From the NCBI GenBank assembly GCA_001803235.1, contig MHBL01000459.1, positions 4,840 through 68,839 of the forward strand: a stretch of 64,000 nucleotides of DNA, read 5' to 3'. This DNA is from Lentisphaerae bacterium RIFOXYA12_64_32. GTDB taxonomy: Bacteria > Verrucomicrobiota > Lentisphaeria > Oligosphaerales > YB12-FULL-65-16. The position numbers and the translations under genes were made by a program. Position 1 is the first letter of the stretch; each line of letters begins with the position of its first letter. The notes beneath the pieces are model-generated. The model saw only the letters and a program-made list of their open reading frames with translations. It was not told the DNA's origin and made no database searches. This document shows positions 38,474 through 47,076 of the stretch, one piece after another.

Positions 38474-39814
38474 ATGAAGGTCCTGCTGGTCAACTTACCG
38501 TTCTACCGGCTCATGGGCAGCCACTACAACGGGCTGAACCTGGGACTGTGCTACATTGCGGCCGTGCTGAATCAGAGAGGGCACGCCTGCCGGATCTACA
38601 ACGGCGATTACCTCGATTCCGAAGTGTACCCCGACCAAGTGCAGCTTTTCAACGGCATCGACTCCTACAAGGTTGCACACTCCAACTCAAATCACCCTAT
38701 CTGGCAGGAGACGGTCCAGGCGATCCTGGCCTCTGAGCCGGATTTCGTCGGGCTCTCGATCTTCACCGCGGATTTTCCCGCGGCCCGCATTGTCGCCAGC
38801 CTCCTGAAAGAGCGCCGGCCAGAGACCCGGGTGGTGGTCGGCGGGCCGCATGTTACCGTCAGTGGCGGCAAAGTCCTCGAGGAATGCCCCGCGATCGACT
38901 ACGCGGTCGTCGGCGAGGGCGAGTTCGCTATGCGCGACCTGGTCGACGGCGTCGCGCCCGAGACGGTGCCGGGGCTGGTCTGGCGCCGGGATGGAAAGGT
39001 GGTTTCCGGCTTGCCTGCGGCCCCGATCGAGGACCTTGACGCGCTGCCGTTTCCGGACCGGGCGCACTTCCACCCACCCGGGGCTCGCTACAATACGCAC
39101 TTTGTCCTCACCTCCCGGGGTTGCCCCAATTGCTGCACGTTCTGCGCCAGCCCGCGCATCTGGAACCACCGGGTTCACTTCCGCAGCATCGACAGCGTGG
39201 TGGCCGAACTCCAGGCGCTCAAGGATTCCGGCCAACGGTTTGTCCAGTTTCAGGACGATACCTTCACGTACCGCAAAGAGCGCCTGCTCGGATTGATGGA
39301 TGAGATGGTGAAACGGGAGCTCGGGCTGTCGTGGATCTGCGACACCCGCCTGACGTGCATCGACGCTGAGATCCTCGAAGCCATGAAGCGGGCCGGTTGT
39401 GCGCGGGTGAAGGTCGGGATCGAATCGGGAAGCCCCCGCATTCTCAAGGCGATCCGCAAGGGAATCACTCCTGAGCTTGCCCTGGAGAAGACGGCGCTGA
39501 TCAAGAGCGTCGGCCTGGGCCTGGGCGTTTATTTCATGATCGGGTTCCCCGGCGAGACGAATGAGGACGCGCGCCAGACCATCGAACTCGCCAAGCGCAT
39601 CGGCGCCGATTATTACAGTCTCTCCATCGTGGCGCCCTACCTCGGGACCGAGATCTACAACGACCACGTTGCGTCGGGCGCCGTCTCCGAGAAGAACCAC
39701 TGGGAGTACTTCTTCCACCAGAGCAAAGAGTTGATTCTCACCTCCGGGATTGACCCCGCCATCGTCGATGAGTTCCTCGCTCTCAATCAATACGGCAAAG
39801 GAAAGCGAATATGA
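38474..39814 (+). CDS. Cobalamin-binding radical SAM protein #4
   Basis: NLGLCYIAAVL, GGPHVT, GEGE, SRGCPNCCTFC, DDTF, GIESG, FMIGFPGET. Confidence 0.9.
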   Translation: MKVLLVNLPFYRLMGSHYNGLNLGLCYIAAVLNQRGHACRIYNGDYLDSEVYPDQVQLFNGIDSYKVAHSNSNHPIWQETVQAILASEPDFVGLSIFTADFPAARIVASLLKERRPETRVVVGGPHVTVSGGKVLEECPAIDYAVVGEGEFAMRDLVDGVAPETVPGLVWRRDGKVVSGLPAAPIEDLDALPFPDRAHFHPPGARYNTHFVLTSRGCPNCCTFCASPRIWNHRVHFRSIDSVVAELQALKDSGQRFVQFQDDTFTYRKERLLGLMDEMVKRELGLSWICDTRLTCIDAEILEAMKRAGCARVKVGIESGSPRILKAIRKGITPELALEKTALIKSVGLGLGVYFMIGFPGETNEDARQTIELAKRIGADYYSLSIVAPYLGTEIYNDHVASGAVSEKNHWEYFFHQSKELILTSGIDPAIVDEFLALNQYGKGKRI

Positions 39815-40965
39815 GTTCCGCGGTGAAGGTCCCCTTGCTCCGTCTTTCTTACTCCGACGCCGAGGTCCGCGAACTCCAGGACGAACTGGCCGCGATCCTC
39901 CGCAGCAACTACCTCACCATGGCGAGCCGCGTCAAGGAGTTTGAGCGGCTGTTCGCCGGGTTCTGCGGCACCCGCTTTGCCCTCGGCACCAACAGCGGGA
40001 CCAGTGCCCTGGAGATCCCGCTCCGCGCCTTGCGTGTTGCCGGCGGCAGCGTCGTGATGCCCTCCAACACGTACATGGCCACGCCCATTGCGGCGGTCAA
40101 GGCCGGGGCCAAGGTCATCTTTACCGACTGCGAAGCCGACAACCTACAGATGGACCCTGACGACCTGGACCGGAAGATCCGGGACGACACGCGGGCCGTT
40201 CTCCTGGTTCACATTGGCGGCATCATTTCGCCCCGGCTCGAGGAAATCCAGCGTATCTGCGCTCGGCGCGGGGTGCCGCTGGTGGAGGATGCCGCCCACG
40301 CCCATGGCGCCGAGTATCGCGACCGACGTGCGGGCAGCTTTGGCGAGGCCGCGGGTTTTTCGTTCTATCCCACCAAAGTGCTGACCACCGCCGAGGGCGG
40401 CATGATGACCACTGACCGCGAGGACCTCTATCAGTTGGGCACCGTGTTTCGGGAACATGGCAAGGCGGACCACGGTTTCAACGTCCACACCGAGATCGGC
40501 GACAACTGGCGATTCAGCGAGATTCACGCCGCGCTCGGCATTCAGCAAATGCGAAAGGCCGACTCCATCCTGGCCGAGCGCCGCCGGCTCGCAGCACTCT
40601 ATGACCGCTTGCTCGACACCGTGCCCGAGATCCGTCCGCTACGGATTCCCGCGCACGTGCGGTCCGCCTACTACAAGTACATCGTGTTCCTGCCGGCGCA
40701 TCTCTCCCGCGACCGGCTGAAGTCGAGGCTGAAGGACGAATTCGGCGTCATGCTGACGGGGGAAGTTTACTCTGATCCCTGCCACTCCCAGCCGGTCTTC
40801 ACCCGGCAGCCGGAGCTGGTGGCCAACGCGGCGGGTGATCGGTTCCCGGCCACGGAAACCGTCTGCCGCCAACACGCCTGCCTGCCACTCTACCCCGGAC
40901 TGCGGGACGAGGAGGCGGCGTATGTCGTCCAGAGTTTGAAACAGGTGCTCGTCACATGGAACTGA
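39811..40965 (+). CDS. DegT/DnrJ/EryC1/StrS sugar aminotransferase
   Basis: NSGTSAL, EDAAHAHGA, FSFYPTKVLTTAEGGM, GDNWR, CLPLYP. Confidence 0.92.
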   Translation: MSSAVKVPLLRLSYSDAEVRELQDELAAILRSNYLTMASRVKEFERLFAGFCGTRFALGTNSGTSALEIPLRALRVAGGSVVMPSNTYMATPIAAVKAGAKVIFTDCEADNLQMDPDDLDRKIRDDTRAVLLVHIGGIISPRLEEIQRICARRGVPLVEDAAHAHGAEYRDRRAGSFGEAAGFSFYPTKVLTTAEGGMMTTDREDLYQLGTVFREHGKADHGFNVHTEIGDNWRFSEIHAALGIQQMRKADSILAERRRLAALYDRLLDTVPEIRPLRIPAHVRSAYYKYIVFLPAHLSRDRLKSRLKDEFGVMLTGEVYSDPCHSQPVFTRQPELVANAAGDRFPATETVCRQHACLPLYPGLRDEEAAYVVQSLKQVLVTWN

Positions 40966-41927
40966 GCGGCCGCAAATTCCTGGTTACCGGCGGAGCCGGT
41001 TTCATCGGCTCCCACTTGGTCGACACCTTGCTCCGCGAAGGTGCCGGAGAGGTCGTCGTCTTCGACAATCTTGTCCGTGGGACCCAGGCTAACCTGGACA
41101 GCGCGCGCCATGATCCGCGGCTCAAGGTCTTCCCTGTCGAACGGGCCGATCTCATGGATCGAACGGCCGTTGCGGAGGCCGTGCAGGGCGTTCACGGCGT
41201 CTTCCACATGGCCTCACATTGTCTGGGGGCCTGCCAGGAGAACCCACGGGCCGGATTTGACGCCAATGTCGTTGGGACCTACAACCTGCTCGAGGCCTGC
41301 GTCGCGAACGATCGCCCGCGCGTGCTCTTCTCGTCCAGTTCGTCGGTCTACGGCAATGCCCGCTATGTGCCGATGGATGAGCAGCACCCGTTCAACAATC
41401 GCAACTTCTACGGCGCCGGCAAGATCTGCGGCGAGGCCCTGTGCCGTGTCTTCCACGCCGAATACGGCCTTCCCTATGTGGCGCTGCGCTACATGAATGT
41501 CTATGGACCACGGCAGGACTACCGCGGCACCTACGTGGCGGTGATCATGCGCATCATCGATCGGCTGCACCAGGGCCTGCCCCCCATCGTCAATGGCGAC
41601 GGCTCGCAGCGTTTCGACTTTGTCTATGTCGAAGACGTATGCCGCGCCAATCTCCTGGCCATGGAGAAGGACGCGACCGTGGACGAGGCCATCAATATCA
41701 GTTCCGGCAGCAGCACCTCCGTACTGGAACTCTGTCGCCGGATCATGGCGCTTATGCAGCGGGAACTGCCCGTCGAATTTGTGCCCCAGAAAACCGACGT
41801 CCTGGTCACCCATCGGGTCGGCAGCACGGAGAAGGCCGCGACCCTCCTGGGGTTCACGGCGTCGACCCCCCTGGACGAGGGACTGCGCCAGACGATCCGT
41901 TGGAAGCTGAACCGTCGCGATGGGTGA
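40956..41927 (+). CDS. NAD-dependent epimerase/dehydratase (extended SDR)
   Basis: LVTGGAGFIGSHL, SSSSVYG, YGAGK, RYMNVYGPRQ, DFVYVED. Confidence 0.92.
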   Translation: MELSGRKFLVTGGAGFIGSHLVDTLLREGAGEVVVFDNLVRGTQANLDSARHDPRLKVFPVERADLMDRTAVAEAVQGVHGVFHMASHCLGACQENPRAGFDANVVGTYNLLEACVANDRPRVLFSSSSSVYGNARYVPMDEQHPFNNRNFYGAGKICGEALCRVFHAEYGLPYVALRYMNVYGPRQDYRGTYVAVIMRIIDRLHQGLPPIVNGDGSQRFDFVYVEDVCRANLLAMEKDATVDEAINISSGSSTSVLELCRRIMALMQRELPVEFVPQKTDVLVTHRVGSTEKAATLLGFTASTPLDEGLRQTIRWKLNRRDG

Positions 41928-42260
41928 CGGTTGAGGTTGCCTAGGCTGAAGGTGGAGAACGCTGGCGGTCCGGGTCGGGCGATACCAAGGCCGTCACCCA
42001 GCTCGCAGTGCACCGAATGCACCCGTGCCCGGCCTGATCTTCTTCCTTCGTGACTACTCAGGTAGACAGGAGTCAGAATGGGGACGCCAGTAGCGACAGT
42101 CGTGGACTCAGAAGACGCTGTTGCTGCCGATTTGCCGCCGCTAATCAAGGCGTTCCGCACGTTGCTGGACGCTGTTGCACTTTCCATTCTGAATTCTGAC
42201 TCCTGGCTTCTGACTACCTGAGTGGTTACCTTCCCTCAGCCTATCCACCTGAAGAATTCC
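41924..42260. mobile_element. Decayed type D MITE (GTRACTACTCAG family) containing nested element E
   Basis: Ends GTGACGGTTGAGG and CCTGAAGAATTCC; CCTAGGCTGAAGGT and CAGCCTATCCACCTGA match 14430-14605; TSD CGCGATGG/CGCGATTG (7/8). Confidence 0.65.
42050..42229. mobile_element. MITE, GTRACTACTCAG family, interior type E (TTCTGAC/TCCTGRC heptamers)
   Basis: 16-bp TIRs GTGACTACTCAGGTAG and CTACCTGAGTGGTTAC; TSD CTTCCTTC/CTTCCCTC (7/8). Confidence 0.8.
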
Positions 42261-42275
42261 CGCGATTGAATCGAG

Positions 42276-43481
42276 ATGAACAAGATCCGCCTGCTTTACG
42301 TGTCGTCCTCCCTGAACAACGGCCACGAGCTCAATTTCCTCGGCCGCCTGTCCGCCGATGAACGGCTCGACGTGACGGTCGCGTCCTCGAACCAACTGGA
42401 TTGCCTGCCGGAGATCCGCAAACTCCCGGTGCGGCTGTTCTTCGCCAAGGGACTCCCGGCACGGTTCAAGTTCCGGCCGTTGACGGCCCTGTGCAACAAG
42501 CTGAACAACGCGTTCTTTCAGCAGATGATCCGGCGCATCCTGTCCCGGCAGTCGATCGACATCATTCACTCGGGGTGGCTGACTCAGGACAGCTACCTGG
42601 CGCTGCGCACGGGTTTTCATCCCGTTCTGGCCATGGCCTGGGGCAGTGATGTGCTCCCGGACCCGTTTGTCGTCAATGCCCATCAGTCCAGAAGGGTGTT
42701 GAAGAAGCTGCGGTTCACCGCCGGGCACGCCGACACCATCTACTGCGACTGCAGGGCTGTGGCCGAGACGCTCTGCACCCTGACCGGGGTCGCACCGGAA
42801 AAACTCCGAATATTCCTGCAGCTCGGTGTGGAAACGGCGGTGTTCAGGCCGGACGCGGCCCTGGCGGCTGAAGCCCGCCGGGAATGGGCCGTGGCCCCCA
42901 AGACCAACGTCCTGATCATGACTCGGCGGCTCGACCCGGCGTACGGAGTGGCGGACTACCTTCATGCCCTGGCTCTGCTGCGGAATCGCGTCGCCTGCCC
43001 GTTCCTTGCCGTGCTGGCCGGGGAAGGCTCTCTGGAAGGACAACTCAAGGAACTGACCCGGGACCTGGGCCTCCAGGACAGTGTCGTCTTCGTTGGCGCC
43101 AAGCCGCGCCAGGATCTGCCGCGGTACCTGAACGGCGCTGACCTCTATGTGTCCACGTCGCTCAGCGACGGCACATCCATCAGCCTGCTTGAGGCGATGA
43201 GTTGTGGGCTGCCGGTTGTCGTTACGGATGTTCCGGCCAACCTGGAGTGGGTGCGGGACGGCTACAACGGGGCCGTTGCGGCTAGAGGCGACCCCCAGTC
43301 GATTGCCCAGGCGCTCCAGTCCGTGCTTGAGGACCCGGCCAAACGCGCCCTGTTCAGAGAGCGCAACCGGGCCCTTGCCCTCGAGCGAATTGAAGCGTCA
43401 AGGAACTACGAGACCCTGGTCGACCTGTATCGTGCCTTGGTGGCCGCGCACGCGGCCTCCGGAGCCTCCGGCCGTTGCTGA
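42276..43481 (+). CDS. GT4 glycosyltransferase
   Basis: AMAWGSDV, MTRRLDP, ADLYVSTSLSDGTSISLLEAMSCGLPVVVTDVP. Confidence 0.9.
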   Translation: MNKIRLLYVSSSLNNGHELNFLGRLSADERLDVTVASSNQLDCLPEIRKLPVRLFFAKGLPARFKFRPLTALCNKLNNAFFQQMIRRILSRQSIDIIHSGWLTQDSYLALRTGFHPVLAMAWGSDVLPDPFVVNAHQSRRVLKKLRFTAGHADTIYCDCRAVAETLCTLTGVAPEKLRIFLQLGVETAVFRPDAALAAEARREWAVAPKTNVLIMTRRLDPAYGVADYLHALALLRNRVACPFLAVLAGEGSLEGQLKELTRDLGLQDSVVFVGAKPRQDLPRYLNGADLYVSTSLSDGTSISLLEAMSCGLPVVVTDVPANLEWVRDGYNGAVAARGDPQSIAQALQSVLEDPAKRALFRERNRALALERIEASRNYETLVDLYRALVAAHAASGASGRC

Positions 43482-43482
43482 G

Positions 43483-43618
43483 GACCTGTGACGAAAGCGG
43501 TGGCTCGGCGCGTCCCGCGCCGAAGTGGGGTGCGTCCGCCGCGGCCGGTCCCCGGCCGAGGGCCTCGGGCCGGGACGGCCTCGAGCACCCTGCTGCGGTC
43601 CCGGAGGTCCCGCGCCAC
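43483..43618 (+). repeat. Type B hairpin repeat (shortened copy)
   Basis: GACCTGTG remnant, then GTGGCTCGGCGCGTCCCGCGCCG...GAGGTCCCGCGCCAC. Confidence 0.75.
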
Positions 43619-43667
43619 TGCCCGAAGTAGCCCCGTCCGTAACCGTATAGATAGGGACCGAACCGCT

Positions 43668-45524
43668 GTGTGTGGCATTGCGGGAATCATTGGCAGCGCT
43701 GACGAGAAGACCCTCGGCAGGATGGTCGACGCGTTGCGGCACCGCGGCCCTGACGACCGGGGGACGAAGTGCTTTCCAGAGCACAAGGCGGCGCTGGGGC
43801 ATTGCCGTCTGTCGATCATCGACCTGTCGGCGGCCGGGCACCAGCCCATGTCATGCCCGGACGGCCGCGTCTGGATTACGTACAACGGCGAGGTGTACAA
43901 TTACCGCGAACTGCGCCGGGAACTGGAGGGCAAGGGCCACGCGTTCCGGACGCAGACCGACACGGAAGTCGTGCTGGCGGCGTACGTCGAGTGGGGCGAG
44001 GAATGCCTACCGCGCCTGCGCGGCATGTTCGCCTTCGCGGTTCTCGACCTGCGACGCGGCGAACCGCGCGTTTTTCTGGCCCGGGACCGGTTCGGCATCA
44101 AGCCCCTCTACTACGCAGAAACCTCGCGTGGTCTAGTTTTTGCCTCCGAGGTCCGTGCCTTTCTCGCCAGCGGGCTGGTCGAGCGCCGGGCGGATCGGCA
44201 GGCTGTCTGGGACTACCTCTCGCTCGGATCGGTGCCGCAGTCGGGCACCATCCTGGCGCAGGTCAAGGCACTGCCGGCGGCGCACGCCATGCGCGTGGAC
44301 GCCGCCGGTCGAGTGGTGCGAACCTGGCGTTACTGGAACCTGGCGGAGTCCGCAGGCCGCGAGCCGATCCCCGTCGTCACCCTCGATGATGCGGCTCGGA
44401 ACCTGCGGGCGCGGCTCGAGGAGGCAACCCGCCTGCATATGATCGCCGACGTGCCGGTCGGCGCGTTCTTCAGCGGCGGCATGGACTCCACGGCGGTTGT
44501 CGCCCTGATGAACCGGATCGGCGGGAAGCCGGTGCGCACGTTCACCGTCCGGTTCGCCGACCTTGGCCCCGGCCGGGACGAGGGGGACTGGGCGCGTCGC
44601 GCCGCGGCCGCCGTGGGCGCCGAGCACCACGAGGTCGCCGTTACGGCCACGGACGTGGCCGCCCACTGGGATCGGATCATTGAGGCGCTCGATCAGCCTA
44701 GCATCGACGGGGTCAACACGTTCTTCGTCTCGAAAGCCGCGGCCGGGGCGGTCACGGTCGCGCTTTCCGGCTGCGGCGGCGACGAACTTTTCGCCGGGTA
44801 CCCGCATTTCGAGAGCTACCGCCGTGCCGCAGGACGTGCGACACGTGTTCCGGCAGGACTTACCGCCCGCGATGTCACGGGCAGGTTGCCGGCAGCCGTC
44901 CGGCGGCGCCTGCTGCCCCTGCTTGCCCCTGCCGAAAGGCTGCACGCGGTGCGCAGCCTGGCGTCCGAGGCCCAGAAGCGGCACCTGCTGTCGGGCGAGT
45001 TCCTGGCCGGATGGGCGCCGCGGAACTCCGCCGCCAGGTTTGAAAGCATGGTGCGGCCGGGGCTGGACCCTGTGGCCCAAATGAGCTACGCTGAGGTCTC
45101 ATCCTACTTGGCCGACACGCTCCTGCGGGATACCGACGCGATGAGCATGGCGCACTCGCTCGAGGTCCGCCCCGTGTTGCTCGACCACGTACTGGCGGAG
45201 TTCGCCTTCGCCCTGCCCGCGGAACTCAAGCTGGACCGAGGAGTGGGCAAGCTGGTGTTGCGCCGGGCGGTCCGGGACCTGCTGCCCGACGAAGTACAGA
45301 CCCGCCCCAAAGTCGGGTTCGAGTTCCCGTTCCACTCCTGGTTGGCGGGTGCTTTGCGGGAGCGCCTCCGGGACACACTGGCCGGCCAGGCCGCCAAGGC
45401 GGTGTTCCGGTCGGGCTGGCTCACTCGCTGCGCACGTCCGCCGCGGTCGGACCGTGACGCTGGCGAGGCTTGGCGCACTCTGATCCTGCTCGGATGGCTG
45501 GAGAGAACACGGTGTGATCTCTGA
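43668..45524 (+). CDS. asnB: Asparagine synthase-like glutamine amidotransferase
   Basis: GTG start then Ntn Cys (CGIAG), HRGPD, GHQPM, YNGEVYN, RDRFGIKPLYY, SGGMDS, SGCGGDELFAGY, MAHSLEVR. Confidence 0.92.
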   Translation: MCGIAGIIGSADEKTLGRMVDALRHRGPDDRGTKCFPEHKAALGHCRLSIIDLSAAGHQPMSCPDGRVWITYNGEVYNYRELRRELEGKGHAFRTQTDTEVVLAAYVEWGEECLPRLRGMFAFAVLDLRRGEPRVFLARDRFGIKPLYYAETSRGLVFASEVRAFLASGLVERRADRQAVWDYLSLGSVPQSGTILAQVKALPAAHAMRVDAAGRVVRTWRYWNLAESAGREPIPVVTLDDAARNLRARLEEATRLHMIADVPVGAFFSGGMDSTAVVALMNRIGGKPVRTFTVRFADLGPGRDEGDWARRAAAAVGAEHHEVAVTATDVAAHWDRIIEALDQPSIDGVNTFFVSKAAAGAVTVALSGCGGDELFAGYPHFESYRRAAGRATRVPAGLTARDVTGRLPAAVRRRLLPLLAPAERLHAVRSLASEAQKRHLLSGEFLAGWAPRNSAARFESMVRPGLDPVAQMSYAEVSSYLADTLLRDTDAMSMAHSLEVRPVLLDHVLAEFAFALPAELKLDRGVGKLVLRRAVRDLLPDEVQTRPKVGFEFPFHSWLAGALRERLRDTLAGQAAKAVFRSGWLTRCARPPRSDRDAGEAWRTLILLGWLERTRCDL

Positions 45525-45527
45525 CTT

Positions 45528-45766
45528 GTAACTACTCAGGTACCCCGATTGGGAGACCCCTGTGGCCTTGTGCCACAGGTGAATCAGGTTCACTGGCTAC
45601 AACGCCGGCGCTTCTCCCCTCCCGTATCCCGCCCGCCGCCGGCGGGCGGGATACGGGAGAGTGGGGGTGGCTTCGGGCTAGCTGGCGAACCTGATTCACC
45701 TGCCACGCAAGGTGGCAGGGGTCTCCAAGACGAGACGGCGGATTCCGCGCCTAGCTGAGTAGTTAC
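45528..45766. mobile_element. MITE, GTAACTACTCAG family, interior type F (arm-hairpin-arm)
   Basis: TIRs GTAACTACTCAG and CTGAGTAGTTAC; perfect TSD TCTGACTT at 45520-45527 and 45767-45774; about 40-bp inverted arms at 45552-45591 and 45687-45726; perfect 19-bp central stem at 45619-45659. Confidence 0.88.
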
Positions 45767-45902
45767 TCTGACTTCAACGACAAGCCGGCGCCTCAGCAGT
45801 ACGGACCGGCGGGCGAACCGGAGAACGGCGTGGGAACGTGTGGTGATCAGGCAGCAGGGCCCATTCAGCCTCGCCGATAGTATTGGTAAATGCAGAATAG
45901 TC

Positions 45903-45931
45903 TTGACTAATTCGCATTTCTACTGTATAAA
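45903..45931 (+). promoter_or_regulatory. Near-consensus sigma70 promoter, probably leaderless transcript
   Basis: TTGACT at 45903-45908, 17-nt spacer, TATAAA at 45926-45931; ATG at 45937 with no SD sequence. Confidence 0.65.
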
Positions 45932-45936
45932 TACAC

Positions 45937-47076
45937 ATGATTCGGTGGCGGGAAAACCAGGTACGGCAGGATCTCGCGAAGAAACTGGTCTTCTTGATTG
46001 GCCCGCGTCAGGTCGGCAAGACCTTCCTGGCGCGCCAGATAGCCGCGGGATGGAACGCGGTGTATCTGAACTACGACAGCTTCGCCGATCGCGAAGTCAT
46101 TGCCAAGATGCGGTGGCCCGCTGCGGCTGAACTGGTCCTTTTCGACGAAATCCATAAGCTCGACGGTTGGAAGCAGTATCTCAAAGGGGTATACGACACT
46201 CGCCCTGCACATCAGCAGCTTCTGGTCACGGGGAGCGCCCGCCTGGACACCTTCAGACAGGGAGGCGAATCCATGGCGGGGCGGTTCTTCACCCATCACC
46301 TTATGCCGCTGACCCCGTGCGAACTCCGCCGCGTTGAAAACGTGCCTCTCGACCTGCGCAAGGCGGAGCGACTCATTACCCGCGGGGGCTTTCCGGAACC
46401 GTTCCTGGCCGAGACCGATGTTGAGGCGGACCGCTGGCGGCGCGACTATGTGGATGGGTTGATCCGGGAAGACATTCTCGACTTCTCCAACCTCCACGAC
46501 CTGCGCTCGCTGAAGTTGGTTCTTGAACTCCTGCGCCGCAGGGTTGGTTCGCCAGTGTCCATGTCCTCCATCGCCCGCGATGCCGCTTTGGCTCCCAACA
46601 CGGTCAAACGCTACCTTGAAGTATTCGAGGCGCTGTGCATCGTTTTCCGCATCTTTCCGCATTCGCGCAATATCGGCCGCTCGCTGCTGAAAGAGCCCAA
46701 AGTGTACTTCTACGACACAGGGCTGGTCCTTGGCGACCGTGGCGTCCGGGTAGAGAATCACGCGGCGGTGGCCTTGCTGGCCCATGTCTTCGAGTTGCGG
46801 GACCTGCAAGGCGCGGACGCCGAGCTTCGCTACCTCCGCACCAAGGAGGGACGCGAGGTGGATTTCTGTGTCACCCGGGACGATTCGCCGGTTCTCATGG
46901 CTGAGGTGAAGCTCTCCGATCCGGAGCCGGACCGCAGTCTGCGGTGGTTCCATACCACATTCGGCATTCCGGCGGTACAACTTGTCCACGACCTGCGGCA
47001 GGACGAAGACCACAACGATATCGCGGTAAGGCGTCTCAATCCCTGGCTCGAAGAGATAGATGCCGTATGCCGATAG
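45937..47076 (+). CDS. AAA+ ATPase (AAA_14 + DUF4143-type)
   Basis: Walker A GPRQVGKT, FDEIHK, VTGSA, ESMAGR, GGFPE, PKVYFYDTG, EVDF, EVK. Confidence 0.85.
   Translation: MIRWRENQVRQDLAKKLVFLIGPRQVGKTFLARQIAAGWNAVYLNYDSFADREVIAKMRWPAAAELVLFDEIHKLDGWKQYLKGVYDTRPAHQQLLVTGSARLDTFRQGGESMAGRFFTHHLMPLTPCELRRVENVPLDLRKAERLITRGGFPEPFLAETDVEADRWRRDYVDGLIREDILDFSNLHDLRSLKLVLELLRRRVGSPVSMSSIARDAALAPNTVKRYLEVFEALCIVFRIFPHSRNIGRSLLKEPKVYFYDTGLVLGDRGVRVENHAAVALLAHVFELRDLQGADAELRYLRTKEGREVDFCVTRDDSPVLMAEVKLSDPEPDRSLRWFHTTFGIPAVQLVHDLRQDEDHNDIAVRRLNPWLEEIDAVCR

Noticed and set aside
43488-43667. 60-aa N-terminal extension of asnB in the ORF track
   Set aside because: It is translated B-repeat DNA; an Ntn amidotransferase needs Cys at position 2, which fixes the start at GTG 43668.
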